Source: Adineta vaga
Lineage: Eukaryota; Animalia; Rotifera
Reading direction: 5' to 3'
Assembly (NCBI GenBank): GCA_021613535.1
Contig: CP075492.1
Coordinates: forward strand, 16,678,001-16,742,000
DNA length: 64,000 bases
Position numbers and translations under genes: made by a program. Each line of letters opens with the position of its first letter. The stretch's first letter is position 1. Below are positions 50,840 to 64,000 of this stretch, one piece after another. The notes beneath the pieces were generated by a model, which saw only the letters and a list, made by a program, of their open reading frames with translations, was not told the DNA's origin and did no database searches.

Positions 50840-53800
50840 TTAGTTAATTGAATTAGTCTCAAGACCAATTCTTCGTTGTCGACATTGACATAATTGAACA
50901 ACGATTTCAGCCATCGATTGACAAAGAATCATTAAACCACCATAAAGTGAAATTAAATTAGTTATTCCATCGATAATATTCATCTTATCAATATACGAAT
51001 ATCTACATGATGATACTGCACATTCATCAAAATATTTTTCATAGGTTATATTGTGTAAATATTCTTCTATAAAAAGTTGTTTGACAATTGATTCAATAGT
51101 CATATTAATAGTGAAATGACTCGATTTCATAGTAGAAATATTCAATGCTATAAAATTTGCAGTTGAATCAATACATTGTTGATCATATAAACATAGAAAT
51201 GTCGATTGTAAAAGAGATTCAAGTGAATAACAACCAGCTAACATACCTCTAGACGGTTGTACACATTTCGACGACAATCCGCAATTACATCCTTGATAGA
51301 TGAGTGGTGTCGGATGATATATATCGTTATCAGAGAATGTGCGTGGTCGTGGCTTAAGACGCCAACTAGTTGATATAGATGTCATAATCTTATTAACTTG
51401 AGTTGTTTCACGAATGAGAGCTAAAGTAGTTAACAATACGCTAGGTATTGTTAATTTAAGTTCATCGATAGTAGATTGAATGATTTCATTTAATTGTTCC
51501 GATAATAAAAGATCGCTATTGATAAAATCACTTTTAATCAATTGCCGAAGTGAATCATTCACTATCTTTTGAGAAAGGTTACAGAATGAAGAAAGCAGTT
51601 GAAATTGTGCAAATGCTGATGCTCGAAAATCAGTTTCAATGAATCGATCAAAAATAGTACCATTATCGTATAAATATGCAATCCAACGATCAGAGACAAA
51701 GTCACTGGAACATACGTGATGAAAAGTAGATGTAATATTAAAGAATAATTCATACTTGATTGAAGCATGTGAACATGAACATTGAAGAGTAGAAGAAAAG
51801 CGTTTTTGTAATTTTTCATAAGTAGAAAATGATGGTTTATGAATCTCAACAAATCTTGTTTGTGGACTGAAAGTAATGGAAATATAAATACTAATAAGAG
51901 TGATTGTTACAAATATGAAATGTAATCGATCAATTATTCGTTGTTTATGCTGACAGATGAATTGATTTTTGATTAATCGTATTAGAGCAATAGGAGATGA
52001 TTTATTCTTGACATTTTCAATGATTAGAAGACCTATTATAAAGAAAATCTTGAATCCAAGTGTTAAACCACCAATAATACTCATGATAGTAGTAATAACA
52101 ACGAGCAGACTATTTCGATCAAGATATTGATAAGTACATGAATGAGGTGCACATTCTCGATAATAGTCAGAGAAAGAGATAACTGTTGGCCATGAATCAA
52201 TCATAAGTTGATCAATAATCGATGCAATGGTCATATTCACTGAACTAATGTTTGAATTGAGAAAAGGAAGATTAAAATCTTTTTCAAAAAGTGGATAATT
52301 ATACAAGGCTAACGTGCATGAAGCATTATAAAAACATTCTAATGTTGATGCTAATAAAGCCTCATTAGGATAACAACCCATAAACATTGTTGGAATGTAA
52401 GTATTAATCTTATATGCTGTAAAAGAATATGAGCTTCTTTCATAGAGACCCATATCTGTCCGACACGATGGTGATAAAACACAAGAACAATTCGAATATT
52501 TCATTGGCACTAATTTTAATTGTCTATTAATATAGGTAAATGAAAAGTTCGTATTAAGCAAAGGACTCATTAACTGATTTCCATGTGTTGTTGCTCGAAT
52601 AATATCGATATTACGTAAATTTTGATTTTTAATCGTTGATTTCCAATATTCAATAAGTAAATTAATTTGAGATTCAAAGATATCACGAGAAAGAATTGTT
52701 GAACTGACAAATTGATCAAGAAGAAAGTCTAGAATGGCATCATCAACTAATTGTTGAATTCGTCGACAAAAGTTTGCGAGAAAATGGAATTGAATATGAC
52801 CGTTTTCTAAATAATCCAAAGGAGATCGGTCACTACGCACACCGAGAATCCCAGTAAGAGAACGTATCACTCTAGAATCAACTATATCACTTGAACATAT
52901 ATGATGATATCGAGGTTGTATCTTGAGAAAAGTTGAATAAGGCATTGAAATAGAACTACATGAACATGAAAGGCTACTTGAATAAGTTTTTGCAATGTCA
53001 TATATTGAGATTCACTTGGATTAAGAACAATTATACGATGCATAACTACATCAAAGTATTTGGATGTAGCTAATATAACAATCGATATAAAGATTGAAAC
53101 AATATACAAGCGAGTAGCATCGTATCGGTAGCGTATGTGATAATTATCGTTTATTGAACGTTGAAAAATATTCAATTCCATAAGAGTTTTGCATAGAGTT
53201 ACTTTTAATTGTTGAAACTTGATACGAACTAGAACAATTCGCAAAATTATACGAATAAATTTTTCTTATAGTATATTTCTAATTGAAATTTTCTTTTTAG
53301 AATAGTATTTAGTGAATAATACTTACAAGGAATTTTTGGGGTTGGTTTAACATTTCGTGGTCGTCGTATCCATTGAATAATTTTTGGTATCAGTAATTTC
53401 AATATCATTGTTAAAGTAGATAGTGTACCAATGCATTTTGTTATTATGATTAGGAAACTATTAGGTTTTACTGTCGAATAAGTACATGTCATCGGTATAC
53501 ATTGATTATAGTATTGTTCATAAGATATACTAGTATTCCAATCTTCTATCATTAAATGATCAACAAGTGATTGCACTGTTGTTTGAAAAGGGAAACGACT
53601 AGTCTCAGATATTGTCATTGCTGTAAATTTCTCATTAGTAGGTAAATGTAATAATAAATTATTCACACATTTCCGATCATAGAAACATTCAAGTGAAGAT
53701 TCAAGAATAGAATTCAATGGATAACAGCTTGTCACCATACCGGGAATATCCATTATCGTGCGAGTTTCGGTAGAGCGTCGTGCATCTGCCCAAAATAGAT

Positions 53801-54587
53801 CATATATCCCAACTGGCAGTTTACAACCTTTGGTATAGTAACAATTGCAACTACGAATTCCATAAGACTTACGAACCGTTGTTATATAAATATGACGGGT
53901 GTAAATGTTTTCCATATATTCCAGGTGAGTATCTGTCATAAGACCGGACATTAATTTGTTAGTAGCTGTTAAATCTCGAATTGTTTGTAGTTGAAGTGCA
54001 AAGACACTTGATATTGACAATTTTAATTGATCAATAGATGATTGTATTAACGATCGAAGGGCATTTTCAGGTAAAACATTTGGACTAATAAATGTTTTTT
54101 TATTCAATGAAGTAATACCTTGTTCATAACTAAATTTTGAAAGATAACACAAACTTGCAAGACCTTGAAATTGAGCACTAGCAAAGCTTCGAAAGTCTTG
54201 CGTATGCAAATAAGTTACATTTGAACCAAAAAATGTCGCATTTATCCAACGATCGGATATAAAATCACTTTCACAAACATGATGAAAACGTGCTTCTATC
54301 GAAATAAATTTACTTCGTGGAATCGAAATACGAGAACAAGGACAATTTGCATCGGATGGAAGTTCGTCAAATTGTTCTTTCGTCGGATATGAAATTGTAA
54401 TTGATACTGTCAAATGCATATAACGTAAAACAACAGCGTTGACAAGAAGAAGTAGAATGAGAATTAAAAGATATACTCGTGTAGAAATAATATTCGAACG
54501 TTTTTGATGTTCATCTTCTCTTTCATTACTTTCTGAAGATGGTTTAAATAAATTTAAATTTAAAAGATATTCTTTTAACGATGACAT
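50840..54587 (-). CDS. Membrane protein with three tandem TM/Cys-rich ectodomain/TM units; one frameshift (pseudogene or sequencing error)
   Basis: Three copies of the unit also seen at 6760..9336. An intron lies near 53232-53325. One base is missing in the homopolymer at 52987-52991; restoring it gives LQKTYSSSLSCSCSSISMPYSTFL. Confidence 0.8.
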
Positions 54588-54774
54588 TATCTACAAATAG
54601 AAGAACAAAAATATGAATTTATAATTGAAAAATAAGGAAACTTTAAACACTCATATTTAACTCTGTTTATATGTACAGAGAAACGGAAATATTAAAATAC
54701 ATATAAATGAAATAATAGATGTTGTGATATTAATCGAATTGTAGTTATTTGATAATAAAAGTAAAATTTGAAAA

Positions 54775-56735
54775 TCAGTTGCAATAAGCTAATAGAATGT
54801 TAACAGAACAATACTCAAAGCTTTTAACCAGAATGTCTGGTATATTATCATTATTTATATCGATTACTACAACGTCATCTGGATATTTGCTAGCTGAATA
54901 TGTTATTCGATGAGTGAATGTATTATTTCCTTCATTGAAGAAAATAGTAACGCTGTGTTTTTTAGAGTTAAGAAAAATAATATCGATTTTGCCGTCAAGA
55001 TTCATATCAATAGCATCCATAGCAGCAAAATCTTGGTTTGAATAGTTTACCGGCATACGTGTTGTATCTAACATAAAGCTATTATTGCCTGTATTGAGAA
55101 GAATAGCGACCTCTCCATGATTATTCTCACGTACAAATGGTACAATAATATCGAGTTTTCCGTCCTCATTCCAATCAATTATTGTTATCTTATTGTTAAA
55201 AAATAAAATCGCATTATGATGTCCCAAACTAATAAACCTGCTACCATCTTTATTCAAAAATACCTCGATGGCTCGGTCGCAAAACTGAATAATATCGAAT
55301 TGAGTATCACCATCTATATCCATCGTTCGTATTTGTAGTGGTTCACAGGAACTTTTGAAATATACCATTTGACGAGCAAAACCACCATAACCTTTATTAA
55401 ACAAAATGCCAAAATTCCTTGTGTTTTTACCTAAAACAATAATATCAAGGTTATGATCAAGATTGATATCAGCGACGGCAAGAGATGTTGGGTCTTCAAA
55501 AGTTGAATAAGCCCTCTGATCAGCAAATGTACAAGAATCTGTACTAAGAAACACAGTAATATAACCGTCCGATTCATTTAAAACAATCATATCAGGTCGT
55601 TTATCATTACTGACATCAGCTATTGTTATAGATCGTGGTCCAAAACCACTTTTATATATGATTGGTGAAGAATTAAACTGACCATGACCGATATTAAGAA
55701 AAATACGGATTCTATCTTCTTTATTGTAAGCAAGGATGATGTCAGTTTTATTGTCACAATTAACATCAGCAACTGTCATAAAAGTTGCGTTATTGATAGT
55801 AAACAAGGTTTCTTGTGCCAAATATGTTATATTACATGAAACTATTAAAACGTTAAATTAATAATATCAATAATGTTATCATCCTGAAAAATATGTTTGG
55901 GTTTTTACTTCTAGGAAAGATGAAAAGGACTCGAAATAGAGCTGTCTATAGCTAACTTGATCTTTGAACTAATTATGTGTATAGGAGCCACAAACTAGGT
56001 ATTCGACACTGTTTTATTTCAGATTCCAAAACTCTTTTGTTAGTTTTATATAGCCTTCCGCGAATTCATGTTTAGATAGATTTTTTAGCCGAAATCAGCT
56101 CGATAGAATTTGCTTAGACCTATTCCCAAAGAGTAGTCACTCAAAAATATCAAACTCATTGCGCAAGGTCATTATTAGAGATGTACCAGACCAATTTTTT
56201 TCTTCGTGTCAGTTCTGATCTCAACCGAAAACTATTCATATTAAGTCTTAAAATGCTTAGAATCTCTCATTTTAATTAATTTAGCAGGATGTGTAAAACA
56301 ATCAAATAACACGTTTTCGTCCACTAGCTTCGCACATCTCTACTCGTGGCATTCAAATACGATCTTTGCTATATTTGATCTTAAAAATCTTACTTGGTTT
56401 TGTTTCTACTGTTGTAGTTAATAATGATTCTTCATTGACTTGATATCTTCTTAAAACAACTTTTGCACCTATAATGATTACTATAATTATCAAAATGGTA
56501 ATAGCTATTAAAAGTAAGCAGAATTTCTTTTTGATTCCACAGATAGTATTTCTAAAAACAAACAATACAACTATTTCTCTTTCTTTCATTGGATGTAGAA
56601 AACTTACGGTATTGTCGATGTTGCTGCTATTGTAGTCTAAAATGTATCAAGATTAAATACATTTGTATAAATGCATTTTTTTCATCATACATTATTATTA
56701 TTGCGTATTGGTGATATACTCGCTGTACGTACCAT
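54775..56735 (-). CDS. Type II membrane protein with FG-GAP propeller (about 4 exons)
   Basis: TM exon KKFCLLLIAITILIIIVIIIGAKVVL...EESLLTTTV; FG-GAP exon from about 55842 to 54775 (ADVNCDNKTDI, ADINLDHNLDI). Confidence 0.82.
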
Positions 56736-58559
56736 TACTTTTCAATCGATTTGATAAAAACTAAAAATTCTAAATACAATGTATAGATTATTCATTGAAG
56801 ATATCGTATCATATGTATATAATTATAATTTTATTTCAGATTGTTAATAAAAATATTCGATTCTTGAAGAGAAAATGTAAGAAAAGGAAATGACCGTATT
56901 TTATAAGGCCTTGTAGGATCTGTTGTGATCCTGAGTTTTACCTTTTTCTCAAATGCGATCTGAAAGAGAGTATTGAAGTGTATGAGGACAGAATTTTGAA
57001 CTCAACCCATCCCTTCCCTTCTCACAGAGATGATCGATACTACTGACATATCCTCACACTATATACGCAAAATCATAGAAACTATATGTATGTTACAGGA
57101 TATCCGAAAGTTCATCATGTTTCACATTTTTAATCTTAATTGTATCTCAATGGTTTTCATGAATACAGTCGCAATTTATAAAACTTTCTCGCATATTTTA
57201 ATATAAATTAAAAACAACAACAACAAATTTAATAGAGAAATTATGTATGCTACTGGGAAAAAGTGCTTATTATAATAAATAGATTTTCTCTACCTACATA
57301 ATTCCGTCAAAATGATATATTTATTAGAACATTTGCAACAACAAAAAAAAAAATATTTAAATCATGCACAGACTATAGAACGTAAAAAAGAGACTTTTTT
57401 TGTTCAAACTAAAGTCTTCATAAAATAATACCAGATGTAGATTAGTATTAACTGTGAATACTCGACATAATAGAAATATTGAAATAAATTGTTTTATAAC
57501 AATAAGTTACATTTTTTTTGCAAAAAAAACAGTATTTTATCGAATAAATACAGAAACATATTGTCTCAGCAAAAAAAAAGATTTTATTTTGTTGTATTTA
57601 TTAGAATGATAAAGAGAAGAAGACATTACTCGAAAATTGTTGTTTTGAAATGAGTGATGTCACAATCTCGTTACACCCGGTATTCATATGAAGGAAGCCG
57701 ACTGACCGCGCTACCCGATGAGGTGACTACTTCTCGCAGTTCATACTATTGCCTCTACAACAGCCAGAAGTGTACCAACTATATTATGCATATCGTTACC
57801 CCGATATCTAACTATATCCTGAAAGCTGAGGAATATGAGTTGATTTCATCTAAAGAACTCTCATCGCACCATATTCTTTATTGTAGTGACTTATAATATG
57901 CCCAGATAAGCACGGATATCTGTATGTTTGAGAATGCGCTTATCATCCGAATAGTTCCGATGAATGTTTTTGAATGTGACGCTTCAATGTCTTCATGTGA
58001 GTTCTCGAAGGCAAAAAGGAAATTTGTTGTGTTCGGCAGTCGATCAGTGGAAGATCTGTGCAATTCCAATACTGTTTCGATTCCCGAGCACCCTCACCCA
58101 AGATCTTATCGACTATACAAGAAATTAGCAGATTTCAAAAGATTTGAGGTAAATTATTAATTGCATATATAAGGATATAATGAACGAGTGCTGTGCTTTG
58201 GATATTTCAAATATATGATCTAAATACTTTCTAATGAATTCTTAAATTAATGCGTCAGTACTATCATTATCATGCATTATTTTCTATTATAACGTAACGA
58301 CCAAATACATGAATGTAACTACATCTGTGAAAGGAAATAGCTAATATTCTTGCATTTGAAGAATATATAATCTATTCCGGGAGCAGTCAAATCGTTATCC
58401 TAAATCAACCCATATTCCTCAAGCTTAAGGATGGTTGTATTTTTGCTGGGAAATCGATGTCATTACCCTTGGATCGAATGTGATGATGTGAATATCAATG
58501 TTCTTTCGTTGATCAGTTTCAGGGTATCGTAACGTTTGGTTATTGATACCCAGTGTAAT

Positions 58560-60010
58560 GATATCATGACAACTATGTAAACTATAAAAAAAAATTATCC
58601 TTACTTTAATCTTCGTTATCTAAAGAAAATTCTCCGACTCTTCATATGGTACTCATTTAACATCATCGCTCACAGCATAGCATAAGCTATATTTTCTCTT
58701 TGATTGAAATTTTTGAAAAAATACAGGCTCATAAAAATAAATCATATAGATATGAAGTATTATTTGAGTATGCAAATCGTGTCAATATAAAGAGAAAGAT
58801 GAGTTTTAAAAATAACAGACGTTGACGGTAATCGTTCTTGTAAATATTGAATTATTTTGATTTTCTCTATCCGTTCGATATTGTATAGCTCCATTTGCAT
58901 TTGCATATTGGAAACAGAAGATTCGAAAATTTTGAATTCCATTCCATATATCGATAGCAATACTTGGATCCTTAATTGGCATAGCAAGAACTTCATAATA
59001 ACGTCCCCAAGATGATTGAGCAAAAATTTAAATGGTGGAATCAATTTACAGATGATATTATATAGAACCGATAATAAACATTTTCCATAATGGATTATCA
59101 ATTGATAAAGCGATGTTGCTTGATTAAGCATATTTTGCTTACATTTCGACGTTGTAGTAAAGTTACTGAAAAATGTTCAATGTTGGGAAAACGAATAGTT
59201 GTCTTAATTTTATCATTGATATCTATTCTCGCATCTAATATAGTCACATGATGATATAATTGATAGTCCGAATCATTTAGACATGTTGATTGAAAATATG
59301 TATCTTCACGTATGATGGACTGTTTTCTCAAGATATCATAATCTTTGAAAGAATATGGTAGTGTATGCAGAAAAATACATTCACATCGAACAAACCAAAG
59401 ATATTCTTCAAGTCAAATAGAAGTTCGAAATGTCTTATATAGTTGATCAATAGAATGGTTATCAAGAAGTCTGTAATTGTGATGATTAAATCGAAATTTT
59501 AAGATTTTAATAAACGGTAAATGATTATTAACAATCTCCTTTAAATAATGACCGTCGAGAATATCAGATTTAATATGTCATTTTAAATAATGTACGTTTT
59601 TCATATTTTGTAAAATATTTGGTATCGAATTGCGATTTTCTGGAATTATAAGAAATAATCTAGTGATTATAAGGAAGAAAATGCCATTGGTTTATATCTA
59701 TATGAGTAGCGAATTGACATGATTACAAACAATCGTTGAAGTTCAGATGTATGAATTAAGAAATCGTAATAAAATAAAACGATGGAGATAAAATTCATAT
59801 TTAGTTGAAATTATGATCAATATCAATCAAATGAAGAGAAAAAATTTCATTGATAATCAATGGTAAATATTTATTATTTATAAAAGCAACATTATTCATA
59901 GATATATCTTGGAAATTTAAATGATAAGTTCGATGATGACTAAGTAGAAGTGTATTAAAACGAGAGTTTAGAGAGTGTGGATGTAACAATGACGAATTAA
60001 AAATTTCCAA
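58560..60010 (-). pseudogene. Degraded F-box/LRR-like gene remnant
   Basis: Fragments in different frames: SLNSRFNTLL...LPLIINEIFSLHL, IFLHTLPYSFKDY and RFPNIEHFSVTL, with many stops. Confidence 0.55.
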
Positions 60011-60795
60011 CGAAAATCACTTTTTAAAACGAGCAGATGCACTGACGTGAGAACAAATGAAATTATTGTCCAAATGACAAAAACGTTTTTTTGTTCTAAT
60101 TATTTTTCTTAATGAAAACAAGCAAAAAGAAAAGGAAATAGTTTTATATTTATTGTTAAATTGTTTCTCAAACATAATGAGTTAAGTTAATGAAAACGAA
60201 CGGATAAACGTTTATTTCAATGACAAAAAAATCGAGTTTGAAGTGATCTCATTGAAATGAGCTTTGAAAAAGTAAGTTTTCTTGCTATCGACAGTTATAA
60301 AAGTTTGATTTTGTTTAGATATTTTTTATTTTGAAATTGAATAAAACTAGGAATTAAATCTTTTTCTCATTTTCTTTAATTTAAAAACTTTGTTTGCAGT
60401 ACTTAGAAACAAAAAGTTACCCTAGTTTCATACATTAGAAAAGAATCTGCAAATCTATTTTAAATAGAATATTTTTAAATAGAATATAAGAACACTTCTT
60501 TTTTTTCTCTTTTCATTTATCAAAAAAATGCACGAGAATACCCCACATTATTAGTTTTCAAGTGCGGTAGTTAAAGCGATGCATCAATCCATGTTGAGAA
60601 ATACAGGCCAGATCCGGCGGGAAGATAACGAAAAATCCATCGTGGGATCCGTTTAAAGAATTCCTGCTTCCATTTGTCGTCGATTTTTGGTTTCTTTCGC
60701 AGGACTAAGTGCAACAACAGACTTTCTTTTTTATCAGTCAGTTTTTTTTGGAATCAGCTAATATTTTCCTTCTTTTAGATTTAACAATTTCAATT

Positions 60796-63700
60796 ATGAA
60801 AAGAGAAATCTTTTTACAAATTGTGCTCATTTACTTGTATGTAAAAACTATTGAGTTGATGATACGTTTTAAGGATTAAAAAAAACAATTTGTTTTTCTT
60901 TAAAGATATTTCATTAATGGAATTTTCTCACTGAATTTATGTCCAACAGCACAATGGTCAATGGCAGGCACAACAGTAGCGGGTGTTTCTGGATCTCAAG
61001 CAACACGCCTTTCGCAACCAACAGATGTTTTTATTGATAATGCAAGTTCAATTTATGTTTTAGACAGTGGAAATTATCGTGTATTGAATTTTCCTTCGGG
61101 AAATGCAACAGTTGGTAATATTATCATAAAAAGTTCATCAGGAAATGATACAAATAAATTTTCATCAAGTAAATTTTCGATTTCAATTGAATTTAATCAA
61201 AATAATTTATTTTTATTTTGTTAGTGATGGCGATAAATATAGATAAAAATGGAAATATTTATATATTAGATACTAGTTTATCCCGTATAACAAAATGGAA
61301 TCCATCAATGAATACAACAGCTCTTGTTGTTAATGGAAGTTCATTTGTGAATTCTGATACAAGATCTGAAGATTCTCTTTATAAACCATTAGGAATGTTT
61401 ATTGAAATGGATACAATGATTATATGGATTGCTGATACAAATAATCATCGTATTGTTAAATGGTTTAATCAAACAACAGTTCAAATCATCGTCGGAAATT
61501 ATGGAACACAATCAAATCAATTTAAATATCCAGAAAATTTATTTGTTGATATGAAAAATAATTATACGCTCTATGTCGTAGATACAAATAATCATCGTAT
61601 ACAAATGTTTTTAAACAATCAAAAAAATGGAACAACAGTTGCTGGACTAACAAGTTACTATGGAACACAATTGAATCAACTATGGTATCCAGTAGCAGTT
61701 TTAGTTGATCAAAATCAGTTTATGTATATTCTTGATAATGGAAATTCACGTATTCTTCAATGGAAAATTGGTAATCCATTCGGAAAACTTTTAACAGGAA
61801 CAAATACGTATGGTGGTTCAGGATCAGATCAACTTTCAAGTCCAGTGAGTTTAACATTTGATTTAATTGGTAGACTTTATGCTGTTGATAAGAAGAATAA
61901 TCGCATTCAAATGTATAATATCACTTGTTGTAAGTACGATCATTTTCTATTTATCTTTTTTTTTAAATTCTCTTTTAAGTATCAACAAATGATACAATAA
62001 CAACAACATCATCCTTACCTTCAAGAACAACAACAACACAATGTAAGAAAATCTTCTTGAAGTTGAAATGAAAAGTTGTTTTTTTTCTTTGAACAGCTAA
62101 TTCATTGTCACAATGTGATATACCCATATGGTCATCAAATGGAATAACAGTAGCTGGTTCACCTCTGGGTGATCGAGATTCAGATTCTTTTCACTTGTAT
62201 TATCCATATGATATTTTGCTTGATTCCAATGACACACTTTACGTGTTAGATAGTACTAACCTTCGTGTACAATTATTTTATCCAAATCAACTATCAGGAA
62301 TAACAATTATAAATGCAACCAAAGGAACTGGTTCCAATCAATTTTCTTATAGTAAATATTATTTTTGTTCTTCTTTTTGCAATTAAACTATTTGTTTTCT
62401 GTAGTGGATGCCTTTGCTATTAGTTCTGATGGAAGTATTTATATTCTTGATGAGACAAATAGTCGTCTACTAAAATTTCCTTCTGGATCATCAAATGGAA
62501 CAATTGTGGCTGGTGGAAATGGCCGAGGCAGCGCATTAAATAAACTAAATTATCCATACGGATTTTTTCTTGAACCAATAACATTATATATTTGGATTGC
62601 TGATACAAGTAATTGTCGTATTGTTAAATGGATGTCATCAACAAATGTAACGTTAGTTGCTGGTGCTTCATGTGGCTCAAAAGCAAATCAATTTAAATAT
62701 CCTAGTGATGTATTTGTTGATGTCGATGATTCATATACGATGTATGTTGCTGACACGGATAATTTTCGAATTCAAAGATGGTTTCAAGGTGCAATGAATG
62801 GAACAACTGTTGCAGGACAATCAACTGTGGAAGGAAGTGGATTAAATCAATTATCATATCCAGCAGGAATAGTTTTAGATAAAAATAAAATAATGTACAT
62901 TTCTGATGCTGGTAATAATCGAATATTACGATGGGTTATTGGAGCAAATTATGGTTCGATCATCGCAGGAACAGATTCATGTGGAAATTTACCTTATCAA
63001 TTAAATTATCCACAACGTTTTCGATTTGATTCAAAAGGAAATTTGTATGTTGCTGATAATAATAATCATCGAGTTCAAAAATTTTCATTAATTTGTTGTA
63101 AGTCTAATGAAATGATTTATTTCTTTCTGAAAACGAATTATCTTTTAGCTCCAACAATGGTAGGCATAACATCAACTATTGATACTTCTAATCCAAGTAA
63201 AATAAATTTCGTTTTCTAAATTAAACTTCATATATTTTAATTAAATTTTAGTTTCAACAACAATAATATCTAATCAAACATCGACAAGCAATTCACCATC
63301 AACAAGTAATAAGATTTAGTAGGAATAAAAGAATCAAGATAATTTGTTTTTACAATTAGCTTTAATAGCAAATTCAACAAGAATGACAACATTATCTACA
63401 ACAGTAATGCCAACTGTTCTTCAAACATCAATGGCTACATCCATGATCTCGTCAACAACACTTATCACAACATCCATCACACCATCAAGAACAACATCAA
63501 TGACTACATCCATGACGCCATCAACAACACTGATCACAACATCCATCACACCATCAAGAACAACATCAATGACTACATCCATGACGCCATCAACAACACT
63601 GATCACAACATCCATCACACCATCAAGAACAACATCAATGTCAACGGTTCTTCAAACATCAATGACTGCATCCATGACCTCGTCCATAACACCCATCACA

Positions 63701-63847
63701 TCATCAAGAACAACATCAATAACAACTTCGATAAACTCTGCAAATCCATCATCACCAGGTCAATCATCTTCATCATTGTCATTATTCGATTATTTTTATT
63801 TCAAAATATTTATAATAATTATACTTATTTCTCGGCTAAACAATTAA
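60796..63847 (+). CDS. Secreted or anchored NHL-repeat protein: two NHL propellers, mucin-like stalk and hydrophobic C-terminal tail; multi-exon
   Basis: Signal peptide MKREIFLQIVLIYLYFINGIFS; repeated LxYPxG...YVADxxNxRI motifs; T/S-rich stalk; C-terminal SSS followed by a hydrophobic tail (GPI-signal-like). Confidence 0.88.
63425..63640 (+). repeat. Coding tandem repeat, 69-bp (23-aa) unit, three full copies plus a partial
   Basis: Units start at 63425, 63494, 63563 and 63632 (TSMTTSMTPSTTLITTSITPSRT). Confidence 0.95.
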
Positions 63848-64000
63848 ATTCTTTTATTCTGACACAATTGGCTTTTCTAATGCTTTCATTGTTCACATAT
63901 AATTATTTATCTGATTTGCTTTTTGTTCGAGTCAAATAAATCATCGCTTTCTATGCCTTAATTCGATCATTCACCATAATTGCTCAACAAATCTAAATTT

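Noticed and set aside
57650-58160. Possible transposase relic (minus-strand HTDIRAYLGIL, piggyBac-like)
   Set aside because: Only one short motif, with many stops and no TIRs or catalytic residues; it needs a translated search.
46007-63618. Val-rich minus-strand ORFs (46007..46255, 49138..49332, 63421..63618)
   Set aside because: Antisense shadows of Thr-rich stalk exons.

Overview
This is AT-rich eukaryotic DNA with compact genes and short (about 50-60 nt) GT-AG introns. The gene families present (FG-GAP, NHL and Kelch propellers, ART-TPR, NACHT, LDLa-EGF-GPCR, F-box remnants, bacterial-type enzymes) point to a bdelloid rotifer; this is an inference, not a database result. I can support about 25 protein-coding loci, several disabled by nonsense or frameshift lesions. 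No rRNA, tRNA, CRISPR array or intact transposase was seen. Main observations: (1) About 12 short extragenic palindromes built from telomere-like hexamers (TGAGGG-TGTGGG...spacer...CCCACA-CCCTCA) lie mostly just downstream of gene 3' ends. (2) A bacterial OLD/GajA-type ABC-ATPase+TOPRIM gene has gained an intron and a Cys-rich N-terminal exon and is split by one in-frame TGA; it sits next to a ubiquitin-like+ART gene. (3) A 2OG-Fe(II) hydroxylase is fused to an F-box. (4) Two genes concatenate a 2-TM/Cys-rich ectodomain unit (2x and 3x) with channel-like topology. (5) Four type II surface-protein genes join a related TM/stalk exon to interchangeable beta-propeller exons. (6) A GH26 gene has an intron and has apparently lost its nucleophile.
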